A stretch of DNA of 61,916 nucleotides, counting the filler, from Dugesia japonica (Eukaryota), in assembly GCA_001938525.1 (NCBI GenBank). It is 6 parts of 6 records of this genome, joined end to end, with 100 filler letters (N's around TTAATTAATTAA, not from the genome) between each part and the next. Parts side by side here need not be neighbours in the genome. Positions count along the whole stretch, not along the records: positions 40,677 to 49,864 come from MQRL01292558.1; positions 49,965 to 61,916 come from MQRL01639068.1; 4 more parts are not named here. The stretch is one strand, 5' to 3'. The notes under the pieces are model-generated. The model saw only the letters and a list, made by a program, of their open reading frames with translations. It was not told the origin of the DNA and did no database searches. The position numbers and the translations under genes were made by a program. Position 1 is the stretch's first letter; each line of letters opens with the position of its first letter. Below are positions 49,691 to 61,916 of this stretch, piece after piece.

Positions 49691-51679
49691 TTTTATTAAT
49701 TAATTTTTGAATGTTATTTATTTGAGATGCAATTTCATACTTATATTCTAATTATACTTTTAATTCTTCTTCAAGACATTTTTTATCTTCAGCATTACTA
49801 TTATATATTTCTATTTTTTTATTTTGTATTTCTTCATTTATTTCTTTAAAAATATTATCATTAANNNNNNNNNNNNNNNNNNNNNNNNNNNNNNNNNNNN
49901 NNNNNNNNTTAATTAATTAANNNNNNNNNNNNNNNNNNNNNNNNNNNNNNNNNNNNNNNNNNNNAAAAATTAAAACATTTTAGCGTTTATTTACAATATA
50001 AAAGTTTGACTACTACACCCAACTCTTTTTTCACACAGTTTTGAATAACACGGTCGAAGAAAAAACCTTTTGAAAATGGTAAATTTAGTTAAGTTTAATC
50101 TCTGATTGCCTAAGTCTTGGTTCAAACCTTGAGCCAATTTTCTTAAAAGTTGATCCAAACGTTAAACGCACTCTTACATTTCAACGAGATCTGAAGATCT
50201 TTTAGCGGAGTACCAAGAACTTAGAAAACCGAAAGTACAACAGTAAAAAAAACAAAATTTTTAGCAAAAAAACCACTAATTTACTTAGGACATTATTGAA
50301 CAAAAGAATTCATTGGATTCAGGGTTAGAGGATATAATAGATGATTCTAGTGAGGACAGCGAATTTCACCCATATGTCGTAAAGAGATGAATGTAATATC
50401 AACCAGCGAAGAAAACGAAAAAATTACTTAATATTTCTCTATAGTTTAAAATTTAAATGTTTTCTTATTTATTGCATTGTAAATAAGTTCCTAATTTTGA
50501 TTTATTTTGTATAGAAATATGTAATGTTCTTGTTTAATATATTCATCAAACATTACCTATAATTTTTTACTTTTATACGGTTTTCTTGAAATAAATAATG
50601 CTCTCCTTATTTACACAGTTCTCAAACAATATGGGGCGCATCCCACTTTTTACTATAGTACTCGTGTCTTTTTTAACCTAGTCTACTAAAGAACGTGTCT
50701 ACCATGTAAAAAAACGAGTTGTGTGTATTTAATTTTCAATATTAAGTTGTTTTATTATCACAATTATTTATTATTTGATAGTATCATAGAATTGATATTT
50801 AAAAATCATAATTTACATTCAAATAAATTGTTACGCAGATCTTTACATGTAAGACAATCAAGTTCAAATATTATTTTTAATTGATTCAAACTATATTATT
50901 GATTTATTTCTGAAAAAATTGTAATTGGAAAAAAGTATTCCTAAATATGAATATTGAACCATTTATTTTATGTTGAGAGATATTTTACAGTTGAAAAAAC
51001 ATTATCTTAGCTATAGTTGATAAATATTACCTTTAAATTTATCAAATTTAAGTAATTTCAAACAATGTAATTGTTTTTAAATATCAATTCGTTGATAATT
51101 TCAGATAAAATTAAGCAATTAAAATTCAATAAAATAGAATAAATTCCAAAAATTTTTTTATTTCAATCTTGAATAAATCAAGAAATTAATTCCTGGAGAA
51201 AACAAAATTCGAATACTTGAATTAGTAACAACTAAAAAAATATAGAAAAAAAATTTTTTTGATAGAAGCTTTATAATTTATTGAAACGCTAAAAACTTTT
51301 TATTATTTATAATCACCATTAAAAGAAATCAATAGCTATTTAATATTGATTATTCATAAAAGAAATTGATTTTATAACTTGTGTGTTTATTAAATTAATT
51401 TAATTAATTAAATTTAATTAAATTAATAATGTTAACACAAAAATATTGGATTCATAAAAAAATATAACAAAAATATATCGACAATAATAAATTTTTAAGG
51501 AGCATTAACAATTTTTTCATTTTTAATAAATTTTAATTAAATGATTAAAACTAATTAAATTAGATTATTATATTATTTTTATGTATTAATTTATTGAAAA
51601 TTCATCTGGAAAATTATTTATTCAAAGCAAAAAAAATATTAAAAATTTTCTTTTATTTATTGAACTAATAATTTAATTT

Positions 51680-51961
51680 TATAATTACAATTATTGTGAG
51701 AATAATTGTTGGACTTAACCATTGATCGGATTTGAGATTTCNNNNNNNNNNNNNNNNNNNNNNNNNNNNNNNNNNNNNNNNNNNNNNNNNNGGACTTAAC
51801 CATTGATCGGATTTGAGATTTCATTAAAATAAGATAAGGCTTCGATCAAAACAAAACAAATAAATAAATTTTAAACAAATAAATAAATAAATAAATAAAT
51901 AAATAAAAAATAAATAAATTTTGTTTTGTTTTGATCGAAGCCTTATCTTATTTTAATGAAA
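51680..51961 (+). repeat. Copy of the dispersed hairpin repeat with a (TAAA)n loop
   Basis: Arms TTTCATTAAAATAAGATAAGGCTTCGATCAAAACAAAACAAA and its exact reverse complement flank a TAAA microsatellite. Confidence 0.82.
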
Positions 51962-52235
51962 TAATAATTTAATAATTATTTAATTGATTATTTAATTATT
52001 TAATTTGAGATGTAATAGATTAAAATTTGCCTTTAAACACAGTGAAACATACTTCGTATTACCTCAAATACATTTTTGCCATTTGTGTTCAATAATTACA
52101 ATAAACGCTGTGCGATATTTTTTAATAAAAATATTCTGTATTTCAAAGAGTAAAAAACAATACGTATTTATTATTACTTTTTCATTATTCAGATGTAATT
52201 TTTCAAAAAAACTATTCTTCATTAACTAGCTAAAT

Positions 52236-52563
52236 CAGTGATTTCCACGCTTTTTTGGTTCGCGGCGCCAAATATATCAAAATTTTACTACATGCCCTAA
52301 ATCAAAATATTGATCTATTATTATGAAAGTTTTTCTTTATTTATGGGTTAATTATATCAATTATTACTGATATATTATTCAAAAATTATAGAGTTTATAG
52401 TTTGGTGTCACAACAGATTGTGAGTAAAGTCAATGGATTTTTATTCGTCCTTTGGATTTGCAGATTTTATAGAAGATGACTAATATTGTAAAAATCTCAC
52501 AGCGCCCATGTGACACAGTTACGGCTCATCAGAGAGCCGCAACGCATAGTTTGACAACCACGG
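52236..52563 (+). mobile_element. hAT-type MITE
   Basis: CAGTG...TTTTTTGGTTCGCGGCGCC left end and ...AGTTTGACAACCACGG right end; flanks AGCTAAAT/AAATAAAT (6/8 TSD). Confidence 0.55.
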
Positions 52564-53305
52564 AAATAAATAAATACAAATTTTATTTAATATATATTGG
52601 TATTTTGTTCTATTTTTCTAGCCACCTAAATAACAAAAACGTATTGTTAAAAATTATTTTTTACTACAAATAAACTATTTATTAACAAATTAACGAGACT
52701 TCTAATGACATTTGAGGGTAGTTTTGTATTAATTCTAAATCCGTTTAATTTGCTTCACTTAGTAGCCTCCCACTAGAGCAATCCAATTACTTTATTTCTA
52801 TTCTCAATATCACTTGCCAATCTATTGACAATTTTTTATAATTTGTTTTTTATTTTTTACACTTTAAAATCTATATATACTTATCTGTATATATACTTAT
52901 TTATTAGTTTATCCATAAGTATTTAAATGGTATAAAAGTTGTCAAAATTATGAACATTTAGTCTGTTTGAAAAAATCTAATAGGTGTGTATGTGTGCTCT
53001 AGGATGTATGTATGACGGTATTTACTGATAATTATATTTTGTGAGTAGATATTATATAAACATTTTCGTTAGTAAATTACGTTTTTTGTTTTATTTTTAG
53101 AAGGTCACTATGATAATTGTTTTTATTAATGTGATTATTTATAACATTAGTCAACTTACGTTTTTTTTTCATTATTAATTATAGAATTATAAATTTTAAT
53201 TTTTAAAAATAAGCGATCATAATTATGTTTTATTTTTTTCCCAATTTATAAGTTTTACTTTTATATTTTCAATTGTCTTTAATTTTAACTTTAATTATTT
53301 TTCTG

Positions 53306-54072
53306 GGTACTTATTTCTTAGGTCCCTCTCACTTGTAATTACAATGATCACTTGTGAACTTAATTGTAAAATAAAATTACAATATTTTCAATTTTTACGA
53401 ACAAAGGATTTTTTGGCAAAGAACACTGAGATATACTAAGTTCAGGGGTGCAAATCAGTTTAAATCAATGTTGCGGGCCATGCATGCAAAGATTTCAGAC
53501 CGAAGATTATGTATCATTAGTATTATAGCTACTATACTATACTATATAATTCAAAAATTTAATGTAGAATGGTTAAAGTGTCATTTTGCAGCGAATTGGT
53601 TGTATAGAAATATATTTCTATAAATATATACATTTTGGATTTTTTCATGGACTTGGAACCCGGGCCGCAGGTAACATCGGGCCCTATACTAGATTATATA
53701 AACTAAAATTGGTATATCTCATGAATGGAGAGTATATAGTCAACTGATTAACCAAGGGTTCAATCATCGTACAGTTAATCACGCACTGGATTTTGTTGAT
53801 CTCAATACAGGTCCTCACACTCAGAATGTAGAGAGGATGTAGCGAAGTGCAAGGAAAGAAATAAGCGACACTGCGAAACTAGCAGAGCCATGATTGATTC
53901 TTTTATACGTGAATACATGTAGCGGGAACGTCTACATAATTTGAATCTTTTTGGTTCAATTCTTGAGCACATTGTTAACTTTTGGCCTCCAAATTAAAGA
54001 ATTAATTGTTTCCTTTCCTATATTCATTATAATGTTGTAATTACAATTGGGAGTAGCTAAGGAATAAGTACC
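53306..54072 (+). mobile_element. Merlin (IS1595/ISXO2-like) DNA transposon deletion derivative with a nested hAT-like MITE (~53443-53686)
   Basis: TIRs GGTACTTATT(T/C)CTTAG...TTGTAATTACAA; 8-bp TSD TTTTTCTG/TGTTTCTG; transposase relic ISHEWRVYSQL...GFNHRTVNHALDFVDLNTGPHTQNVERM*. Confidence 0.88.
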
Positions 54073-55019
54073 TGTTTCTGAATTTATTCTTAAATTTATT
54101 GAAAATCTTCACATTTTCCGTAAGATCATTTTTCTTGTAATTTTAAGAATTAACTTAAAAATCCATTTTTTTTAATAAATCCAAAATTTCGTTTTTGATC
54201 TTTGCAATTGAAAATAAATTTTACTTATTAAATTTGTTTTTCAAAATATTTGGTTAACTTAAAAGTTTTATTTCGCAACTGTTTCATTATTTGAAGCTGT
54301 TCAATAATATAATTTGAAATATACTTTCTCTGATTGAATCTTTCTTTTCTAAATTTTCTACAAAACCATGGAACATTTATGCTGAGAAATTCTATAATAA
54401 CTCCACAAAATTTTTGAAAAATAGTTAAAATAAACTAAATTAAAATATCTGTGAATTATTCTTATTTATTAAGAATTTTTTGGCACTTATACAGAGTAAT
54501 GAGTGTACTCATAATTAATGTTTTTGTGTTTAGAGATAAAAAAATAAAAGATTAAAATTCTAATAAACAATAACTATAAACGTAAGAATTAATAAATTAA
54601 AAATGAACCAATGATAAGATTAGAACAAATCCATATAAAATAATACAACTTCATATAAAAATATTTTTGAAGAAAATTTACTAATTTAATTATTACAAGA
54701 ATTGATACAAATATTGATTAAGAGAAAATTACAGCTCTTACACAAATTGTTCTACAAACGCAAATGTTACAGACTAATACTAACTTTGGATTCTTCGTAA
54801 AATTATCGTTTCCAATGATTTAACACACAATGAAAATAAATCCAAAATTTTTACGTTTTTTTTTAAAATTCTTAACTCTTCAATTTATTTAAACAACTCA
54901 AAAAAATCTACATTTCAAATTTCATTAACAAACATTAAAAAATTCTTATGAACTATATATTTATAAACTTTACTATATATATAATATTATTTTTTTTATT
55001 ATGTCATAATTATTTAAAT

Positions 55020-55720
55020 ATTACATAAATAATTAGTGACATTTATAGAAAAATTTTAATTAATTTATGGATTTAATTAATTAAATGTATTTAAATTTAT
55101 TATATAATTAGTTTTCATTAAAATAAAAGCTTGAATCAATTTTTTTTTGATAATATTTCGAATTTTCGACGTTGTCTTCGTATATAATAATTAGTGATAT
55201 TTTTAGAAAGATTTTCATTAATTTATGGATTTAATTAATTAAATGTATTTAATTTTATTATATAATTAGTTTTCATTAAAATAAAAGCTTGTATCAATAG
55301 TATATAAATAATTAGTGACATTTATAGAAAGATTTAAATTAATTTATGGATTTAATTAATTAAATGTATTTTAATTAAATCTCAAATGCGATCAATGGTT
55401 AAGTCCAACAATTATTCTCACAATAATTGCAATTATAAAAGTATTTAATTTTATTAACTAATTAGTTTTCATTAAAATAAAAGCTTGAATCAATTTTTTT
55501 TGGTTTTAAATAATATTTCGAATTTTCGAAGTTGTCTTTACCAAGAATTGACTTTTTTCAATACCTTACGAAAACTTAGTAGAAAATTCGAAATATTATA
55601 AAAACAAAAAAAATTTTGACCGAAGCTTTTATTTTATTAATGAAATCTGAAATACGATCAATAGCTACGTCCAACAATTATTCTCGCAATAATTCTTGTA
55701 ATTGTAAAACTAATTAGTTA
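55020..55720. repeat. Local tandem duplications plus copies of the dispersed hairpin repeat family
   Basis: Three copies of TAATTAGTGA.ATTT.TAGAAA.ATTT..ATTAATTTATGGATTTAATTAATTAAATGTATTT; core repeat in reverse orientation at ~55378 and ~55643. Confidence 0.75.
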
Positions 55721-56478
55721 TTAGTTTTAATTACAATAGTTTTAATTACAATTTTAAAAGGTTTTCTTGAAAAACAAATTTTAGCTATTAAAATTATTAA
55801 AAAAAATTTTAAATCAAAACTTTTTAAAAAGAATAATAATTAAATTACAATTAGAATTTGTTTCAAAAAATAATTAACTAATTAATTAATTAGATAATAC
55901 TAAAATAATGGAATTAATGATGGCATAATAAAAATTTAAAAAGAGGCGGATACTGAATAATTGATCTTTTTTATAAGATAAAATTTACGAATTTAATTAA
56001 AAATTAATTAATTAAATTAAACCTAAAATCAATGTAATTTATAATAATTAAGTAAATTAACCAATTAAAATTTAGTAAAATAAATTCCATAAATTTTTCT
56101 ATTTTAATAATAAATCTTGAATAAAGTTAATTCCTGGAGAAAAGAAAAGTCGAAAATTTGAATTACTAAAAACTAAAAAAAAATATTAAAAAAAAACATT
56201 TTGATAGAAGTTTTTACTTTAATGAAAAAAAATATAAATTAAAATATAAATCGCATTTATTTTTTGATTGAAAAGAATATCGTGTGGAAAATTTAGCAGA
56301 CAGCCATGATTTAGAGATTTAGTCGATTACATACTTGTAAAAGGAAACATAATTAGAGAAATGATAAAAACAATATTTCATTTATAATTTTAAATAAATC
56401 GATAATTTCCATGTAACTAAAGTAAACTGAAATATTAATTTTGAGGGGGAAAAAACATTCAACAAATCTCATTTCTAC

Positions 56479-56890
56479 CTGTCTTTGACGTTCCCGATTT
56501 TGTCCCATAATTTGATTGTCATTAGTTTCGGCAATTCGATTGTTTATATAATCAATCATGCTTAATATGCTGTCTTTATCTCCTTGAATTAAACATACTC
56601 GTTCTGTTGTTCCTAATTAATTTACACATTATATAAAGTTTAATATATGAATATTTAAATTCACCTGGAAAGTATTCACTAGGTTTTGATATTTTCACTT
56701 TAGTGCCTGTGTCTTTTTGAGCTTTGATAATTCCTTCACCACCTTTTCCAATCACTGCTCCACCACATATAGAAGGTATAAGAACTTTAAGATGAATGTT
56801 ATCTTAAATTTTAAAATAATTATCTTAATTAAATATTCAGCCATCAGAACCTGTATGATTTGAGTCGAATAATGAATGATGTGAAGCCAT
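56479..56890 (-). CDS. nova: Nova/pasilla-like KH RNA-binding protein, first three exons (56890-56851, 56802-56665, 56612-56479)
   Basis: Spliced product MASHH...[54 protein letters not shown]; the [13 protein letters not shown] signature is Nova KH1. Introns of 48 and 52 nt are phase-compatible. Confidence 0.88.
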
Positions 56891-58019
56891 AAAATTAGCT
56901 GTGGTTGATAGATGAATGTTTGATAGATGAATGTAAAAAGAAATGTAGATGAATTTCGTGTAATCGAATTATGTAAATATAATTATTTTATGAAATGATA
57001 ACAAATGAAATAGTAAAACAAAATTAACCTTAAATAAATTTCTAAATAATTATTTTGGAATAGCTAATATTCAATTCATTTTTATTTCTTTAAAAATTTA
57101 CAAAAATTTTAATATTTATTAGGATCTTATTTTATAAATTTGAATAATATTTTGAACTATTTAATGTATGCATAGATGAATTTCATCAAATTTGATTTAT
57201 ATTTAAATCTGCACTTTCATAGTTTTTAAAGATCAGATAAATGCTAATTTAATTTTTTTTCATTCATTATTAATATTAACGGAAATTGAAATAAATTTTG
57301 CTGAATTTAAAATAACTAAGAATTTATTTTTGTTCGTGCATTATTTCATAAAATAAGAATTCCTCGGCATAAATTTATTTTATAACAAAATTAATAAACT
57401 AGATTTAAAATTTCAGTTTAATTTTGTTAAGCCCTAATCCAGTTAATACTGTTTTATAAATAAAAGAAAATTATTTCAATTTAAAAAAAGGTCTTATACG
57501 CAGTAAATAGCATAAACAAAACATTTTTGATAATTTTTTTACCAAGTTGTACAAATTAAAAACATGATATACTGTATTATTAAAATTTTAAACATGATAA
57601 AAATTTAAATTAAAAAATTAAAAACATGATAGCAAATCAATAGATTTACTAAACTAATAATTGCTTGAGAAATTTTTTTTGAATATTTACTCTCCACATC
57701 CATTCGTAGAGGGCTGTAGTACCGTACCATACACTCCCTTCATTCGGACAATTTTAATTTTCAGTTTTCACCAAATCAACTCCATTCTTTGTGCATTGCT
57801 TCAGATGCAGTACCAACGATAATATATTTGATTGTACCAAAGTCCACGATTTATTTGTTAATTTTTATGTGAAAAAACGATTATTCAATAAAGAATTGTT
57901 CAATTTAAATACATAATAAAAATGATTATTCAAAATATAAAAATGATGTAAATAGTTGTTCAAATTGATTAGATTACCCTAAATTATCGGATAACTGCAA
58001 ATAGTATGACTAATACTAT

Positions 58020-61000
58020 TGTTGGGGGTGAAACACCCGAGTTAAGAGGAAAGTATAACCAAGGGCCCAAACATGGGATGGGAAAAAATTAGAAACATGA
58101 AAATTAATGAAGAATAATTGTCATTTGGATAATAAATTATTATAAATAATCAACAAAAGATAGGAGGAAAATGCAAAACTAATAAAGAAGTAACGGGATT
58201 AATAAAATATTACTATCTATCAAACCGAAGGATATGTAATTAAAATTTATCATTAAAAGTATAGTTAAAATAATAGAAAAATTATTAATTTTGTGGGGAA
58301 AAAGAAATTCAATTATGGATAAATCAGTAAAAGCAGAATATCTTTTCTCTGGAAAGTAAAAAGAAGTCCCAGAAAAAAGAAGAAGAACGTCACGGGGGAA
58401 TAGAGTTTCTTTACAAGAAAACATTATCATTGACAGAAGGGTCAGAAAAAAGGTTGTAAAATTATACCAATGATGTAACAAGAAAATAAGTTAAAACAAG
58501 GAACAAGAAGTCAGCAGGTACTCCAAAAAAGGCACCAATGAAATCGCAGAAAATCTCAAAAAATCTAAGAGTTTTAGAGTTACCACGAATGAAAGGGTAG
58601 AAGCGAAAACCAAAAATAACCAGCCAATGTTGGTGAAGTTGGGTTGTTAATGAGGAAGTATATAAACCCCCTAATTTTAGTGAAAAAAGCAACAAAACGT
58701 TTTCATTATTAGTCGCGGAATGGCGTATATTAAAAAAACCAACTACATTACTGGTAAGGCGAAGTTTCAAAAAAACATTAACGGATTTTACCTTTTTCAC
58801 AGTTCAGCATTAGTGAAGAAAATTCTCGAGAAGTTCACAGGTTATAATCACATCGCAATTTTTTTAGTCAATTCGTAGTAGAAATGCGAAATTGATATAA
58901 AAGTAAATTTTCTGTTTGATTATTCATATTATGTTAAAGAGAAAATTTTCTAATAAATGTTCAATATCTTAATCCATTTTATGTTTAGTTAATAATTATG
59001 GCTGCCAGATTTAATAAATAGAAAAAGATTTTTATAAATTTTATTGATAGTTTGACAAACACATAGTTACCGATTGAGGCTGGGTTATTAAATCACCAAA
59101 TCACATTCCTTTCTTTAAAAACCATCAAGAGTAATTTCCACGAAAATAAATCCATTAGTCAAGAAATTTTCACTGAATAGACTTTAAATTGCTCGGTTGC
59201 TAAATGCATAATGATAAAAATTCAAATTTTTAGAGCAGCTCTACAAAACGTTTCTGTAATTAATAATTCCATCTAAGGTTAATGATTAACTTGTTAAGAA
59301 AAACTGCATATATATCTGGCTAAATTGGGTTTAATCAAGTAGAGATATCATGACTAATTTTTGCACACACTGTTATTCGATGTCTGACACACGCAACATT
59401 CATCACTAGTAATTAAGTTAATAGAACCCATTATGACAGCTACTTTGCACTTGCTCGTCGACACATCATGAATTAATGTGGACGGATTCTAATGGCTTTC
59501 TCTTTTAGAATTTACCAAATGAGTCAGAGCGTTCGGATTTTGACTGACATAATTATGGAATTACTCAGTGTTGAATAAATTTGGCCTTGTAGAGTTAGCA
59601 AGAAACTTTTCTGTTTATTTTAATATTTCTGTTGTTATTTTAAGTTATAATAATATTACTATGTTGAGTATTAATATTTGATCATTATTTGGTAAACCCG
59701 GTATAAATACCATCAGCATTATTACCCTTACCATCATTATCATGATTATTATTATGAAATTAGTTGTTATTAGTCACGCCAGTTATTATGATCATTAACA
59801 ACAGTATCACTAAAGTGGTTAAAATTACTACTGCTACCAGCGTCACCTTTATGATCTTCTCTATCCGTAGTCGAAAGCACATTCATCAAACCTGATACCA
59901 CTAGGATAGCGAATATTTTTTAAACCGATAATTACGATGAGTCATCATTATTGCGACCAATCCCTCATTAATATTCTTTTAATATGATACACTCTATCGG
60001 TTTCTATGATCCTTATGAAGGAGTAACACTGTCATCCAACCAGGAGCAGTAGGGTTTTTTGGGAGGTAATGATGTTGGGTTTTTGTCATGCTGATTCGCA
60101 ATTTTTTTGGGACTGACCAAAAATAAAGTTCGGGGTGGAATTTTCATTTTTCTAATTATAAATCAATTTTAGGAATTGTCCCGATTTTGTACAAAACTCT
60201 CCGGCAGATCCGAAAAGAGAGACAAAAAGTGCGTCGAAAATAATTTCTGGCTCATATCTTGTCATTGGGGAAAATAGAGCACCCTGACGAGACGGATCTG
60301 CAATGTTTTTTAGAAATGTTCCCCCATATAGCCAAAGTGGATTTAGACTGTGATTCTTAATTTCAATATTATCCAATAGTCATTGTTTACTAAAATAAAA
60401 TCTTGGACAGTTACTTATTTTCACTTTCTTTGGTTTACGTTATTAAGCAGAAGTTTTAATTACAATTTAAATCTTTCAATTTTATTTATATTTCAGTGGA
60501 ATATAAATAGGAACGGACGTGGGATCGACAAACTCGTCGAATGATCTTTAAGAGGTATGTTAAGAGGTATGTTAACCCTCATAATCGAGACGTCGAGGTG
60601 TTAACAGAACAATCAAATTTACCAACTGGCCAAAAAAAGTGAGAGGCCAATACTGCCACTGCTAATAGTAAGGTGAAGGGATACCAATCTAAATGCCGTG
60701 ATCACAGACTCGAAGCCGAGGCCTCCCATTCGCAGGAGAGAATAGAGAAAAAGCAACTGGATAGCCTAGCTGAAATAATTATCGCCCTGCATGCAAGAGA
60801 AAGTAGACTGGTAATGGACGTTCTAACTCTTCTCAAGAAAATATCCTTAGAACCATTACTCTTCGATGAATTCACACAAACTTCGCAGCGTTGAAATCTA
60901 ACGTGTACATGTTATACGGAAAATAAATTTGTGTTTAAAGTATTATCCTGTTCACAAACCACCTTTTCATTTTGAATTTTTCTTAAATATAAAATCACAA

Positions 61001-61637
61001 GATCTATTGATCGATTCGTTTTCTCTTTACCTTTAGTGCCCAGAACTCGACTTTCAAACAGCCTTGGTAGATGTCACAGGATAATTCAGAAACGTCTAGT
61101 AGAAAGACATTTCGCTAAACGTTGCGAACTATTCCTATTGAAGCACCTAACCCAGCGCAACCGATTAATTAAAAAATTAGAAATTGTTAATAAAAAACGA
61201 GACGATCTAACTAAACAGGTCAAGCAGATACTCACTAACAAGATCGATTTTTTGAAACGATACATCGCCGACTTATCCATTCGTCTCGAACTGGAAACCT
61301 GGACGAGCTAGAATAGCTACGACAATGAGGCCGCATTTGATTTTTCAAATGACGAGCAAGCCTAGTGGCTAGACCCTAAGGCGCTGGATTATATGTAAAT
61401 AAAACATGTGTTTAAAAATAAATCTTACTATTCAAATCTATTTTATCAATATTGTAAACAGTTTAATTTAGTTGGGGAAACATTGAACCCGAACTAAAGG
61501 TGTACAAGCGTGAACTCCAAATACGTGATGGGAGTCAACCGCTTCATGCCGAAAACCTAAATAGGGACTTTAGGTAAATTCTTCGAGGGGTCCCCATCCA
61601 TCTTTTTCAACCCAGCACTCTGGTGGAACCCCAACAC
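58020..61637. mobile_element. 3618-bp insertion with TGTTGGGGGT...ACCCCCAACA termini and a 4-bp CTAT TSD (giant solo LTR or Ginger-like non-autonomous element)
   Basis: Perfect 10-bp (imperfect ~22-bp) terminal inverted repeat; CTAT on both sides; the flanks rejoin an AATAGTATGAC-type repeat. Confidence 0.75.
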
Positions 61638-61916
61638 TATTAAATAGTATGACCAAAAAAAGTTCTTTTTTTAATTTTCATTAAATTTTGTCATACTATT
61701 TTGATTAAAAATACTATAACAATTTTTATAACAATGATCATTCTATTTATTACTATGACTATTGAAAAAAAATAGTCATACTATTAGGAGTTATCCGCTA
61801 GTTTAAAAAACATTATCTTAGATTTCTTAGAAATATTTTTAAGTTTTGCATAGACTGTGATTCGTTATGTTATAATAAAAATAAAGTTTTGTTAATAATA
61901 TAAAATTACAATAATT

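Larger units (their letters stand above)
42294..49864. mobile_element. Polinton/Maverick element C (partial, decayed)
   Basis: Integrase, pPolB, packaging ATPase and small ORFs. Confidence 0.9.

Noticed and set aside
54320-54440. Possible minus-strand exon (FILTIFQKFCGVIIEFLSINVPWFCRKFRK)
   Set aside because: Plausible splice sites but no recognisable family; cannot be supported.
57690-57860. Possible exon with faint myosin-like STPFFVHC...FD..KV, or a structured RNA
   Set aside because: Similarity too weak and no supporting neighbouring exons.

Overview
Very AT-rich animal genomic scaffold with short (47-54 nt) GT-AG introns. It consists of six contigs joined by 100-nt N-TTAATTAATTAA-N linkers, so adjacency across linkers depends on the assembly. 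The window is dominated by endogenous Polinton/Maverick (adintovirus-like) elements. Element A (1-~13047) carries a packaging ATPase, a membrane protein, a four-repeat fibre-like protein, an adenain-like protease, a penton, PZ-like and core proteins, and a pPolB. A second decayed pPolB lies at 13.9-16.5 kb, and element C (42.3-49.9 kb) has a PLA2-integrase fusion, pPolB and ATPase. Several ...TATCTAC(T/C)TACT termini recur. Other mobile DNA includes four Gypsy remnants, a Tc1/mariner relic, a Merlin element with TIRs and TSD, MITEs, and a 3.6-kb TG...CA element with a CTAT TSD. Host genes are a complete 4-exon WH-WH-AT-hook-double-PHD-SAM (SAMD1/KAT6-like) gene, a Piezo exon and the 5' exons of a Nova-like KH gene. 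The most intriguing signals are cis-acting: GCGNAGC mini-hairpin heptamers scattered through element A coding sequence on both strands, a TAAGAAAT motif at four of its gene starts, and dense AP-1-type and RFX X-box arrays in terminus-like segments.
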